Shown here one piece after another: positions 1-10,846 of a stretch of DNA of 24,159 nucleotides. The DNA is from Octopus sinensis (lineage: Eukaryota). Position numbers and translations under genes: made by a program. The stretch's first letter is position 1; each line of letters opens with the position of its first letter. Below the pieces are notes generated by a model. That model worked only from the letters and a program-made list of their open reading frames with translations, was not told the origin of the DNA and did no database searches. Where the stretch lies: the NCBI RefSeq assembly GCF_006345805.1, contig NW_021836440.1, forward strand, positions 1-24,159, in the 5' to 3' direction.

Positions 1-87
1 TGTGAGTGCGTGCATGTATTTTGTATTATTCCAACAAGTGTGTATACACACACACACACGTGTATGTATATGTATATATATATATAT

Positions 88-497
88 TACTCTTTTTACT
101 CTTTTACTTGTTTCAGTCATCTGACTGCGGCCATGCTGGAGCACCGCCTCCAGCCGAGCAATTCGGCCCCGGGACTCATTCTTTGTAAGCCGAGTACTTA
201 TTCTATCGGTCTCCTTTGCCGAACCGCTAAGTGATGGGGACGTGAACACACCAGCATCAGCTGTCAGGCAATGCTAGGGGGACAAACACAGACACACAAA
301 CAAACACACATACATATATATATATACATATATACGACAGGCTTCTTTCAGTTTCCGTCTACCAAATCCACTCACAAGGCATTGGTCGGCCCGGAGTTAT
401 AGCAGAAGACACTTGCCCAAGGTGCCACACAATGGGACTGAACCCGGAACCATGTGGTTGGTAAACAAGCTACTTTCCACACAGCCACTCCTGCGCC
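88..497 (-). mobile_element. tRNA-derived SINE family A, full length
   Basis: On - strand: head GGCGCAGGAGTGGCTGTGTGG (A-box-like), GGGTTCAGTCCC (B-box-like), internal (TA)n/(TG)n, tail (TAAAAGAG)n; near-identical to 7871-8291. Confidence 0.9.
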
Positions 498-570
498 TAT
501 ATATATATATATATATATATATATTCACTCTCAGATTTATATTCAGATTTTACTAAGCCTATATATATAT

Positions 571-745
571 ATTTCTTTACTACCCAAAAGGGGCTAAACA
601 TAGAGAGGACAAACAAGGACAGACAAAGGGATTAAGTCGATTACATTGACCCCAGTGCATAACTGGTACTTAATTTATTGACCCCGAAAGGATGAAAGAC
701 AAAGTCGACCTCGGCGGATTTTGAACTCGGAACATAACGACGACG
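571..745 (-). mobile_element. SINE family B, 5'-truncated, with 18-bp target-site duplication
   Basis: Matches the 3' part of 2642-2872; ACTAAGCCTATATATATA at 552-569 and 746-763. Confidence 0.88.
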
Positions 746-778
746 ACTAAGCCTATATATATACACACAAAGATATAT

Positions 779-811
<33 letters not shown>

Positions 812-860
812 ATATATATATACACACATATACACACACAAGATATATACACATAGTACA

Positions 861-965
861 TGGAGAGCTGTGTGGTGGAGAAGAGCATTTTACCATTCTG
901 ATATCATGCAGCTTCGGGTTCAATCCCACAGCACAGCATCATGGACAAGCCTTGTGAATGAAATT
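861..965 (+). mobile_element. Diverged 5' fragment of SINE family A
   Basis: GCTGTGTGG...GGGTTCAATCCCAC...AAGCCTTGTGAATG similar to family A head. Confidence 0.55.
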
Positions 966-1053
966 GTGTTTATGTATATAGATGAATGGGAGTGAGGGAG
1001 GGCTGAAGGGAGAGAAAGAGGGAGGGATTAGAGAGACAGACAGACAGACATTC

Positions 1054-1300
1054 TTTTGTTTCAGTCACTTGACTGCGGCCATGCTGGAGCACCGCCTTTA
1101 AGCATTTTAGTCAAACAAATCAACCCCACGACTTACATTCTTTCTTTCTTTTTTTTTTTTTTTGTAAGCCTAGTACTTATTCTATCAGTCTCTTTTGCTG
1201 AAATGCTCAGTCACAGGGACATGAATACACCAACACCGGCTGTCAAGTGGTAATTGTGGGGAACAAACACAGACACATAGACACTCACACACACACACAT
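1054..1300 (-). mobile_element. SINE family A, 3' half
   Basis: GTTTCAGTCA..GACTGCGGCCATGCTGGAGCACCGCC...GTAAGCCTAGTACTTATTCTATC aligns with 88-330. Confidence 0.85.
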
Positions 1301-1303
1301 ATA

Positions 1304-2215
1304 TATAAAGTCAAGAAAGTTCTTGCAGTTTTTTAACCTTTAAATTCAGATGCACATATCTTGACTCCAACAAAAGGTTATAATCGAAATAACACCATCA
1401 GAATCAACACACTTTTGCCACACAACACAAGTTTATTTATGCCAGTAGTGTAAAAATCCTGTGTTTCTGGTAGCGATGAAGTTGTGAAGGTGTTTTTGCC
1501 ATCGTCTTGGTTTTTCAAGCATTCTCACGCAGGAATTGTCGAGATGCTTGAAAAAGTAGTTGTCGGTAGGCAGGGTCTGGTGAGTATGGCGGATGAGCAG
1601 AGTTTCGTAGCCCCAATTCGTTCAACTTCTACAGGGTCAATTGTGCAACGTACAGCCGAGCGCTGTGGAGATAATTGGTCCTTTTCTAGTTGACCAATGC
1701 TGGCTGTTGTTTGTCAGAGTTTCTTATGCATTTCATCCATTTGCTGAAGTATTCTCTCCGCCGTAATGGTTTCACCTGGATCCAAAAAGCTGTGATGGAT
1801 GAGACTGGCCGCAGACCACCAAACAGTCACCATGACCTTCTTTTGGTGCAACTTTGGCTTCGGGAAGTGCCATGGAGCTTCATTGGCATCCAACCACTGA
1901 GCTGATCGTTGCCGGTTGCCGTAAAGAATTCACTTTTCATCGCAAGTCACAATCTGCTCGAGAAACGGGTCGTTCTTGTTGCATAAAAGAAGGGAAGACA
2001 ACACTTCAAAATGGCATTTTTTTGGTTGTCGTTCAAATCACGGGGCACCCATTTCTCAAGTATTTTTATTTTTCCAATCTCTTTCAAGTGGTTGGAAATT
2101 GTCGTATACATTACGTCTAATTCAGAAGAAAGCTCTCGAACAGTTGTGAGTGGATTGGCTTCCACTAAGGTTCTTAGTTGATCGTTGTCAACATCAGATG
2201 GTCGACCACCCTCTA
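1304..2215 (-). pseudogene. Decayed mariner transposase (cecropia subfamily, Hsmar1/SETMAR-like), 5'-truncated, with degenerate 3' TIR
   Basis: Minus-strand translation gives GRPSDVDNDQLRTLVEANPLTTVRE, KWVPRDL (WVPHEL motif), TCDEK*ILY, SAQWLD, KPKLHQKKVMVTVWWSAA, HPPYSPD, WQKCVDSDG; several stops and frameshifts; TIR-like AAGTCAAGAAAGTTCTTGCAGTTTT after a TA run near 1305-1335. Confidence 0.92.
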
Positions 2216-2319
2216 GTATTTGTCCTTTTCTCTCCTAGCAGATAATGATGAGGATGACGATGAAGATGATGAAGATGATACTGTTTGTATCAGTCATTAG
2301 TCATGGTTAAAGTTAACTC

Positions 2320-2925
2320 TTTCCTTGCACTGCTCGACTGATTATGCAAATGATTAAGCCATGACCAACTCCACTAAGTATTTCTTCCATTTCTCAGCAA
2401 CACTCCCTAAAGGCCCAGATGCCTTCCCAACCTTTATGTCTTTGATTGCACTATTCCCTATACTGCTGTCAACATTCAATAGCCGGTCCCTCTTTTGAGT
2501 CTACTTGGAACAGCCCCTCTCTCTCATGCATTCTCTTCATTTAACAACCCCTTGTCTGAGCAATTCCATACCGTTTCCCCCATTTTTCCTTTTGACAATA
2601 GTGAAAGCGTGCCGTACAACTATCATTCCATGCTCATTCCTTATTTCTTTACTGCCCACAGGGGGCTAAACATTCAGGGGACAAACAAGGACAGACAAAC
2701 AGATTAAGTCGATTATATCGACCCCAGTACGTAACTGGTACTTATTTAATCGACCCCGAAAGGATGAAAGGCAAAGTCGACCTCGGCGGAATTTGAACTC
2801 AGAACATAGCGGCAAATGAAAAACTGCTAAGCATTTCGCCCGGTGTGCTAACGATTCTGCCAGCTCGCCACCTTCCATGCACATTCCTGCTTAATGATGT
2901 TTCAATTCTCTCAGTCGTACACCAC
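2320..2925 (-). mobile_element. Decayed RTE-clade LINE ORF fragment (upstream of/entering the RT domain), interrupted by a SINE
   Basis: Minus-strand pieces GTLSL, LLNEENA, VDSKEGPAI, AIKDIKVGKASGPLGSVAE, SGVGHGLI resemble the RTE motif AIKxMKxGKAPGPxGIxAEMLK; similarity continues on both sides of the SINE at 2642-2872. Confidence 0.72.
2642..2872 (-). mobile_element. SINE family B, full length, with 16-bp TSD; central domain resembles the Meta domain
   Basis: Head GGTGGCGAGCTGGCAGAATCG, B box GAGTTCAAATTCC, central GCCTTTCATCCTTTCGGGGTCGATTAAATAAGTACCAG; TTCCATGCTCATTCCT (2626-2641) vs TTCCATGCACATTCCT (2873-2888), 15/16. Confidence 0.92.
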
Positions 2926-2930
2926 CTTGC

Positions 2931-2931
<1 letters not shown>

Positions 2932-2992
<61 letters not shown>
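2932..2992. repeat. (CA)n microsatellite, about 30 units
   Basis: Directly visible perfect run. Confidence 0.98.
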
Positions 2993-2994
<2 letters not shown>

Positions 2995-3161
2995 GAGAGA
3001 GAGAAAAAGAAAGAGTCTGAAGAAGCAAAATACCGACCGTTTCCTTGGTTTTACTATGTTTACAGTGTCTAACCTTGCTGTAACACGATAAGGTTAAACT
3101 TTGCTGATGCTCTTGGTGTTACAATTGCTCCTTTATACATACAAACATTACATACGTACAT

Positions 3162-3192
<31 letters not shown>

Positions 3193-3403
3193 GGGAGTGG
3201 CTGTGTGGTAAGTAGCTTGCTAACCAACCACATGGTTCCGGGTTCAGTCCCACTGCGTGGCATCTTGGGCAAGTGTCTTCTGTTATAGCCCCGGGCCAAC
3301 CAATGCCTTGTGAGTGGTTTTGGTAGACGGAAACTGAAAGAAGCCTGTCATATATATGTATATATATGTGTGTGTGTGTGTGTATGTGTTTGTGTGTCTG
3401 TGT
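3193..3403 (+). mobile_element. SINE family A, 5' half
   Basis: GGAGTGGCTGTGTGGTAAGTAGC...GGGTTCAGTCCC...GAAACTGAAAGAAGCC then TA/TG run. Confidence 0.9.
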
Positions 3404-3510
3404 ATATATACACACACACACACACACACAGCACATATAAATATGATATATATATATATATTTATTTTTTATATATATATATTATTTATATATATAAATT
3501 TATATAAGGA

Positions 3511-3711
3511 TTACTCTTTTACTTGTTTCAGTCATTTGACTGTGGCCATGCTGGAGCACCACCTTTAGTAGAGCAAATCGACCCCAGGCCTTATTCTTTG
3601 TAGTACTTATTCTACCGGTCTCTTTTGCCGAACCACTAAGTTACGGGGACGTAAACACACCAGCATCGGTTATCAAGCGATATTGGGGAGACGAACACAG
3701 ACACCAAACAC

Positions 3712-3779
<68 letters not shown>

Positions 3780-3891
3780 GCTTTTTTTAGTTTCTGTCTA
3801 CCAAATCCATTCACAAGGCTTGGGTCAATCTGAGGCTATAGTAGAAGACACTTGCCCAAGGTGCCACGCAGTGGGACTGAACCTGGAACCA
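3511..3891 (-). mobile_element. SINE family A lacking the first ~45 nt, expanded internal (TA)n
   Basis: Collinear with 88-450; inverted relative to 3193-3403. Confidence 0.9.
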
Positions 3892-3999
3892 ATCGCCCCC
3901 TTTTGGCTACCCCATTGTCACCTCAGCTTTTTTCAACGCCCTCTTGGAACTGTCCACTGCCTCCGGGAAATGCGGTACCACCCACTTTGAGAACCCCAG
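3892..3999. mobile_element. Right-end fragment of a hAT-like MITE
   Basis: Ends in TTTGAGAACCCCAG (Charlie-type TIR CAGNGGTTCYCAAA); similar to 12400-12506. Confidence 0.55.
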
Positions 4000-4459
4000 C
4001 TTTACAGTATATCTTCTGGCTCAAACCCTGCCTGCCTGAAGATCCCTCTCCAATGTTGATCCCAAGTTTAGTCATGGTAACCAAAGTTCCATTAATCTGC
4101 TTAATGATGGAATGGAAGGCAAGGACCCTCCCAGATCATATAGAGTGGGCTGGAGAAAACACCCATGCACAGGATTTTCCCAGGGGCAGGCCACTGCTAG
4201 ACTAGACTCAGCTTTGTGTGTGTGTGTGTATGCATGTGTGGTGCATATAATGGATACAACAAGTACCTTTAAGATATATATGCACACAAGAATCATTAAC
4301 AAGAGGCAAAGCAAAAGATGGCAGTTGTTATTAAAACTACATCCAGGGACATTCAGTATTCTTCGTTTCTTCATTCTTTGCAGAGTTAAAGGTAAAGAAA
4401 AACATGGAATTGTCACAATATCACTGAAATATTTCAGAGCAATAAGCAGTTCCCATTAT

Positions 4460-4899
4460 ATATATATCCATGTATGTATGTATGTATGTATATAGATGTG
4501 TGCATGTGTTTATATATGTATATGAATATATATATGAAATGGTGTATATTATGTTATATATATTTGTGTATATAATGTTATACAGCAGTAACTGGTTTAG
4601 AGTGAATTTCCGTTTTGACATCACATCATCTCCGTCTTTTCTTTGTGTGTGTGTGTGTGTGTGTGTGTGAATTGTGCGTGTGTGTGTATGTGAATGAAAG
4701 CATATGTGGTATAAGCATATGTGTGTGTGTCAATGTATGTATAAGTGCATATGTCAATATATATTTGCACCAGTGTGTATGTAAGTGCACATGGCTATAT
4801 GTGGTAATGCATGAGTGTGCATGTATCCCAATATGTGTATATGTGTGCATGTAATGTCTATATACATATATATTATATATATATATTATATATATATAT

Positions 4900-4937
<38 letters not shown>

Positions 4938-5205
4938 CCTAAATATATATATATAATATATTATATACATAAATATATATATATACATATATATATATAC
5001 ATAAATTATATATATATACTATATATACATAATATATATATATACATATATATACATAAATATATATACATATATAATACATATATATATATATATAATA
5101 TAATTATATATAATATATATACACATACCTAAATATATATATATAATATATATATATATATACCTAAATATATATAATATACCTAAAAATATATATATAT
5201 ATATC
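4460..5205. repeat. Mixed (TG)n/(TA)n low-complexity field
   Basis: Directly visible. Confidence 0.95.
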
Positions 5206-5626
5206 ATAAGCAAGAGCGACGTTTTACATATTATATTGTGAAGGTTTAATAGAGAACAGAATCCCCATCCCTGCGCCTTCACCACCACCACAACTATTTC
5301 TGTCGTCTGTCCCCGCCAAGAACACATTATCTATCCCTCTATTACTTTCATTCGTGATTGTTTGTTTGCTTGTGTGGTGATTTTTTTGTCTGTGTTTTGT
5401 TAATTTGTTTTGTTTTGTTTTGTTTTGTTTTGTTATTTTTTTACTATTTTTTTTTTTTGTTTCTTCGACAGAGAATGGAAAAGAAAAGCTGGGTGTTTCT
5501 TTACGTGAAGCAACAGGGAGATGGGATGTGTGGGGGGGGGGAGGGGGAGAGGGGGGAATAGAACCGATTGGGAAGAGAAAATGGAAACTGCTTTCTTCAG
5601 AATGGTAAATGCAAAGATTCTTGAGA

Positions 5627-6199
5627 CAGAGAGAGAGAGAGAGAGAGAGAGGGTGAGAAGCAGTTATCTGCCGGAGAGTTATAAAAGGAAGCTAAAAATT
5701 AGAAAGAGAGAAAGGAGAGACGGGAGAGAAAGGAGAGATGGAGGACAGAGAGAAAGAGAGAGAGAGAGAGAAAGGCAGGAGAGAGAGACAAGAAGGAGAG
5801 AGAGAAAGGAGGGAGAGAATGAGAAAGGACAAAGAGAGAGGACAGAAAAAGTGGACAGAGAAAGAAAGGACAGAAAGAGAAGGGGAGATAAAGAACAGAA
5901 AGAGAAGAGAGAGAGAGAGAGAATGAAGAACAGAGAGAAAGAGAGAAAACGAAGAACAGAGAGAGAGAGAGAGAACAGAGAGAAAGAGAGAGAGAATGAA
6001 GAACAGAGAGAAAGAGAGAACAGAGAGAGAGAGAACAAAGAACAGAGAAAGAGAGAGAGAGAGGACGGAGAGAAATAAAGGGAAGAGAAGAGAAAGGAGC
6101 GAGACAGGGGAGAAGGACAGAGAGAGAAAGAAGGACAGAAGGACAAAGAGGAGAGAGGGGGAAAGAAGGGGAGAGAGAAAGGAGGGAGAGAGAGAGATG
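5627..6199 (+). repeat. Purine-dominated (GA)n/(GAAA)n/(GAGAGAAA)n tract, ~570 bp
   Basis: Directly visible; source of the E/R/K-rich and S/L/F-rich ORFs. Confidence 0.95.
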
Positions 6200-6556
6200 A
6201 AGTAGTAAACCTATGTCTAATAAAAGGAATCGCATATGCCAAGAGAATTGGTCAGCTTCAGTAAAAGATATTCGTGTGACTAGTAGTGACATTGTTTGTT
6301 TTGGACAGTTTAATGTCTTGTATAAAAGACGGTGATTTATGTCAGGCATGGCAACAGTCTTGTGTGGTTGTGTTTCCTGCTTTCTTCTTCGGAATGGAAT
6401 CTTATGAAAAGGAATATGGAAGATCACCTTGAGTATTCCATTCTCTGCAAGATGATAAGACTAAATCTGGGAAGAGACTTCTAGAACTACAAGTCTGAAG
6501 AAAAATGTGGGCTGCAGAAGACAGAAAAAAGGGATTTGAGAAGATGCAGAGGTACT

Positions 6557-6935
6557 GTGTAAGGTGTTGGACTCATGATCGTAAGATTGCGGTTTCAATC
6601 CCTGGACCAGGCAATGCCTTGTATTCTTGAGCAAAACACTTCACTTCATATAGTTCCTATTCATTCAGCTGTAGAAATGAGTACAACTAGTGGAGGCATG
6701 TTGCTTAGTGGTTAGGGTGTGGGATTCACAACTGTAAGATTGTGGTTTCAATCCATGGACCAGGCAATCCGTTGTGTTCTTGTGCAAAACACTTCATTTC
6801 ATGTTGCTCCAGTCCACTCAGCTGTAGAAATAAGTTTAGCCTGGAGAGGGATGGGCTGTGCCACTCTGTCTTACCATAGATATGCTGCATGGTTGCAGCA
6901 CCCCAAGGAGTCAAGGGACTTATCAATTGTCAACA
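6557..6935 (+). mobile_element. Two tandem diverged copies of SINE family C (tRNA head plus CORE-like domain)
   Basis: GGTTTCAATCC...TTCTTG(A/T)GCAAAACACTTCA...CAGCTGTAGAAAT occurs at ~6590-6680 and ~6745-6835; resembles the CORE consensus CCTTGGGCAAGT..CAGTTTCCTCATCTGTAAAATGG. Confidence 0.75.
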
Positions 6936-6938
6936 AAA

Positions 6939-7160
6939 GGTGGCGAGCTGGCAGAAACGTTAGCACGCTGGGCAAAATGCTTTGCGGTATTTCATCTGTC
7001 TTTATGTTCTGAGTTCAAACCCCGCCAAGGTCGACTTTACCTTTCATCCTTTCGGGGGTCGATTAAATAAGGGGATGGGGTTGATGTAATCGATGTAAAC
7101 CCTTTGTTTGTCCTTGTTTGTCCCCTCTATGTTTAGCCCCCTGTGGGCAATAAAGAAATA
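6939..7160 (+). mobile_element. SINE family B, full length, with 13-bp TSD
   Basis: GGTGGCGAGCTGGCAGAAACG...TAAAGAAATA; ATTGTCAACAAAA (6926-6938) vs ATTGTCAACATAA (7162-7174). Confidence 0.92.
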
Positions 7161-7870
7161 TATTGTCAACATAAGGTACCACACGGTGGGAGTGAACCAA
7201 AAACCTGGTGATTGCAAAAGCAAACTTCTTAACCATCAGTTGTATGTTCCAACCAATAGCTGGATTTATTCCTTGCACTCAAATCCTATTTAAATGTTTA
7301 TGCCATCAATCTGAAACTTTTCAACCCACACAGCCAGCCACGCACACAGAAAGAAACACAGATAGAAACAGCACTCTTTGAAATGGTTGTTCTTCCATTT
7401 CCCTAACTGGATCAGTTACACACAGATAATGAAGTGGAACCCCTTTTTTTGCCTTTCCACTTAGTATAAAAAAAAAAAAAAAAGGACGAGGATGATCCCA
7501 TTCAAATTCACAAGCTGTCTTCTTCGGTCCTTACATTCGAATGTTTATGCAATTAGACTTCAAACACTTTACACCTGCTAGGCAGAAGTCAATTAAGGTA
7601 TCACAGCTCTTATTTGACGGAGCATGATTCCATGACTTCACTTAAGCAGTCCATTAGTTTCAATAAAACTTCTCCTTGATGTGTCGAATATTTGGTTTTA
7701 TTAAAACCATGAATAACCGATGCTGCCGAAACAGTGACTAAACCTGATGTTTAACTTCAAACCTGTACGGTGTCAATTCAATTATGCACCTTTAACATAT
7801 CATTCCTACCCACCCCAACTACTTACCTGCCCACCCACCTATCCCTGGTTAACCCAACTACGTGTCATTC

Positions 7871-8291
7871 TACTCTTTACTCTCTCTCTTTTACTCTTTT
7901 ACTTGTTTCAGTCATTTGACTGCGGCCATGCTGGAGCACCACCTTTAATCGAGCAACTCGACCCCAGGACTTATTCTTTTGTAAGCCCAGTACTTATTCT
8001 ATCGGTCTCTTTTGTCGAACCGCTAAGTAACGGGGACATAAACACACCAGCATCGGTTATCAAGCAATGCTAGGGGGACAAACACAGACACACAAACACA
8101 CACACGCATATATATATATATACATATATACGACGGGCTTCTTTCAGTTTCCGTCTACCAAATCCACTCACAAGGCTTTGGTCGGCCCGAGGCTATAGTA
8201 GAAGACACTTGCCCAAGGTGCCACGCAGTGGGACTGAACCCGGAACCATGTGGTTGGTAAACAAGCTACTTACCACACAGCCACTCCTGCC
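7871..8291 (-). mobile_element. SINE family A, full length, low divergence
   Basis: Complete head, internal microsatellite and (TAAAAGAG)n tail; near-identical to 88-497. Confidence 0.93.
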
Positions 8292-8620
8292 AATCTGAAT
8301 GATTCATCCTTATTTATTCCATAACATTTCAGCTCCCTCAATTCCACCATGTAATTGTATTATTTTATTTTATTTTATTTTATTTTATTTTATTTCTTCC
8401 CTTGCTAAATCACAATTACCTCCCTTCTAAGTAATCTCCTCTTCCCCTCCCCGCCCCTTCCAATTTCCTCCTCACCTCAGATTTAATTTAACCTTTTTGA
8501 TACCAACTTGCCTGAGATCCCATCCCTGCTTCTATGAAAAAACATTTTTGTTTTAAAGAAATCTAAATTAAAAACTTCCATCAAAATTTGAACTTATGGT
8601 TCCAAATAATAACATAATAA

Positions 8621-8790
8621 TCGTTTTAAATTTTGGCTTAAGGCCAGTAGAATTTTAGGGTAGGGAATAAATTGATTACATCAACCCCAGTACTCAACTG
8701 GTACAATTTTATAAACCCCAAAAGGATGAAAGGTAAAGTTGACATTGGTGGTATTTGAACTCAAAACAAAGCTGTGCCAACAGTCCTTCT
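8621..8790 (-). mobile_element. Diverged family-B-related SINE with a different 3' end
   Basis: CATCAACCCCAGTACTCAACTGGTAC...AAAAGGATGAAAGGTAAAGTTGAC...TTTGAACTCA. Confidence 0.7.
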
Positions 8791-8937
8791 GGCTTTATAA
8801 CAATGATGTTATTCTATTAAATTCTTCATTCTTTTACAAATCAACTGAAACAAAGGCCCTTTATTCCAACAAAAAAGTGGGGGAGCAAAAGGGTTAAATT
8901 GTAATTTTTCTTACATTTTTATAATTACCATTATTAT

Positions 8938-9230
8938 TTGTTTTAGTCACTGCATAGAAGAATTTTGGTAGAACACATCAACCCCAGGACTTATTTTCTT
9001 ATTAAGCCTAGTAAGACCAACACTGGTTGCTAAGCAGTAGCAGGGGACAAGCACAAGCAGAAGGATGCACACAGATGCAGACACACACATGACAGGCTTC
9101 ATTCAGTTTCCATCTACAAAATCCATTCACAAGGCTTTGGTCACCCAGATGCTGTATAGAAGAAGACCTTTGTGCAAAGAGCCACACAGCAGGACTGAAC
9201 CTAGAATCATGTGATTGGGAAGCAATTACT
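8938..9230 (-). mobile_element. Old, internally deleted SINE family A copy
   Basis: CAACCCCAGGACTTATT, CAGTTTCCATCTAC, CACAAGGCTTTGGTC, GGACTGAACC in family order. Confidence 0.7.
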
Positions 9231-9464
9231 ATCCTTACTGATTGTAACCCAGCGGCTGCATATTCTAAACACTATTGTACCCTTGACATAACTTCTCAAG
9301 TAGGATCAGCGTCAGAGTGACTAAGGGGTTGGCCCTTGAATAAGGACTACACCTCAGCTTGTTCTGGTGGTGGACTTTCTGAAATTCTGTCTGCTGGGGT
9401 TGAACATGAGATCTCGAGATTGCACAGTGAACTTTTAAATATGCAGTCATACCTGAATCCATTC

Positions 9465-10001
9465 ACACATACACACACATGTAAATACACACACATACAT
9501 ACATACATACACATATATGCATGTGCATATGTATATATACATACATACATGCATATGCTTGCACCCATATCTAAATACACACATACATATTTATACCTAC
9601 ACAAACATACACATATATAGATACACATACGCATATATATATATATATGTGCATGCATGCATATGCATGTGTGTGAGTGTGTATGCATATACACACACAC
9701 ATACATGCATAAATGTAGACACACGTATACATATGTGCATGCATACACACACACACACATATACATGCATGCACACACACACACATATATTATAGACACA
9801 TACACATACATGCAAACAAGATAAAATGATAAAGGAAACCTGTAAAAAAAAAATAATAAAACTACTGTAAAATATAACAAAACAAATAAGAAGTTTCATG
9901 AACAATTTTGAGTTATTTATCTTGTGAGTTCAAATCTATCGATTAGCATAACGTTTAGAATAATAATAATAATAATAATAATAGTAATAATAATAATAAT
10001 A

Positions 10002-10038
<37 letters not shown>

Positions 10039-10046
10039 TGATGATG
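9465..10046. repeat. (CA/TA)n field and (TAA)n microsatellite (9960-10046)
   Basis: Directly visible. Confidence 0.95.
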
Positions 10047-10174
10047 ACGAAATAACAAAAATAATATTCAAATGTCTAACATCGAATTTAAACGAATATT
10101 TTCTTCAACAGATATAAATTTTTTCCACTAGGATACATTTGTATTTATCTAAAGTAAATATATAACTTAAACAC

Positions 10175-10213
10175 TATGTATATACACACACATACACCTC
10201 CATACATAATATC

Positions 10214-10244
<31 letters not shown>

Positions 10245-10297
10245 TATATAGACACAAATATATATATACACACACATACACCTCCATACATAATATC

Positions 10298-10330
<33 letters not shown>

Positions 10331-10430
10331 TACAAACACACATATAGACATAAATATATATATATCCACATATATATATATATATATACACACATACATA
10401 TATATAGACACAAATATATATATATATTCA
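10175..10430. repeat. Tandem duplication of an ~80-bp microsatellite-rich unit
   Basis: CACACATACACCTCCATACATAATATCATATATA occurs twice (~10187 and ~10270). Confidence 0.85.
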
Positions 10431-10748
10431 CATTGATACATTGATACAAGAAAATCTATGTCGAGAAGAATCTAAAAATATTCTTCAATGAAGCAAATGG
10501 AAAAGAGTTTAAAGTAGCGTCTTTTTTTAATGTCGTCTGCCATTCTTGATGGGGTTGATAATAATTCTGAGCAGTCTGGTTGTTTTGTCTTATTTTTTGA
10601 CGGGTTTGACGGGTGGTGGATTAAATGGACATGAACGACTTGTTTTTTATTTATAACTTTTCTGCTTCTTCCTATAATTACCCATCACCTCTTCACAAAT
10701 CAATGAGTTTATAGCATTTACAGCAAATATTATTATTCCTGTTATATG

Positions 10749-10781
<33 letters not shown>

Positions 10782-10846
10782 ATATTGGTAAAAACGGTAA
10801 GATAACAAAAGAAAGAAAGAGACCTCAATATTATGTAAATAGAGGA

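Noticed and set aside
4130-4205. PRGRP motif suggesting an RTE C-terminus
   Set aside because: Single short motif without the surrounding RWAGHVxRM pattern.
4360-4400. Strong acceptor-like TTCTTCATTCTTTGCAG followed 8 nt later by AG|GTAAAG
   Set aside because: An 8-nt micro-exon cannot be supported from sequence alone.
5521-6427. 185-242-aa E/R/K-rich and S/L/F-rich ORFs
   Set aside because: Produced by the GA tract on both strands; no domain or splice support.
6380-6555. Stop-interrupted protein-like frame MESYEKEYGRSP*…MWAAEDRKKGFEKMQR
   Set aside because: No motif recognised; may be an old TE relic but unsupported.
6939-7030. tRNA genes at SINE heads (also 19290-19378, 8230-8291)
   Set aside because: A/B boxes present but no full cloverleaf; each continues into a SINE body.
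9253-9460. Long + frame with one in-frame TGA (…SQVGSASE*LRGWP…EHEISRLHSELL), possible selenoprotein or exon
   Set aside because: No recognisable family, no SECIS seen, no good donor after the second part; ORFs of this length occur by chance.
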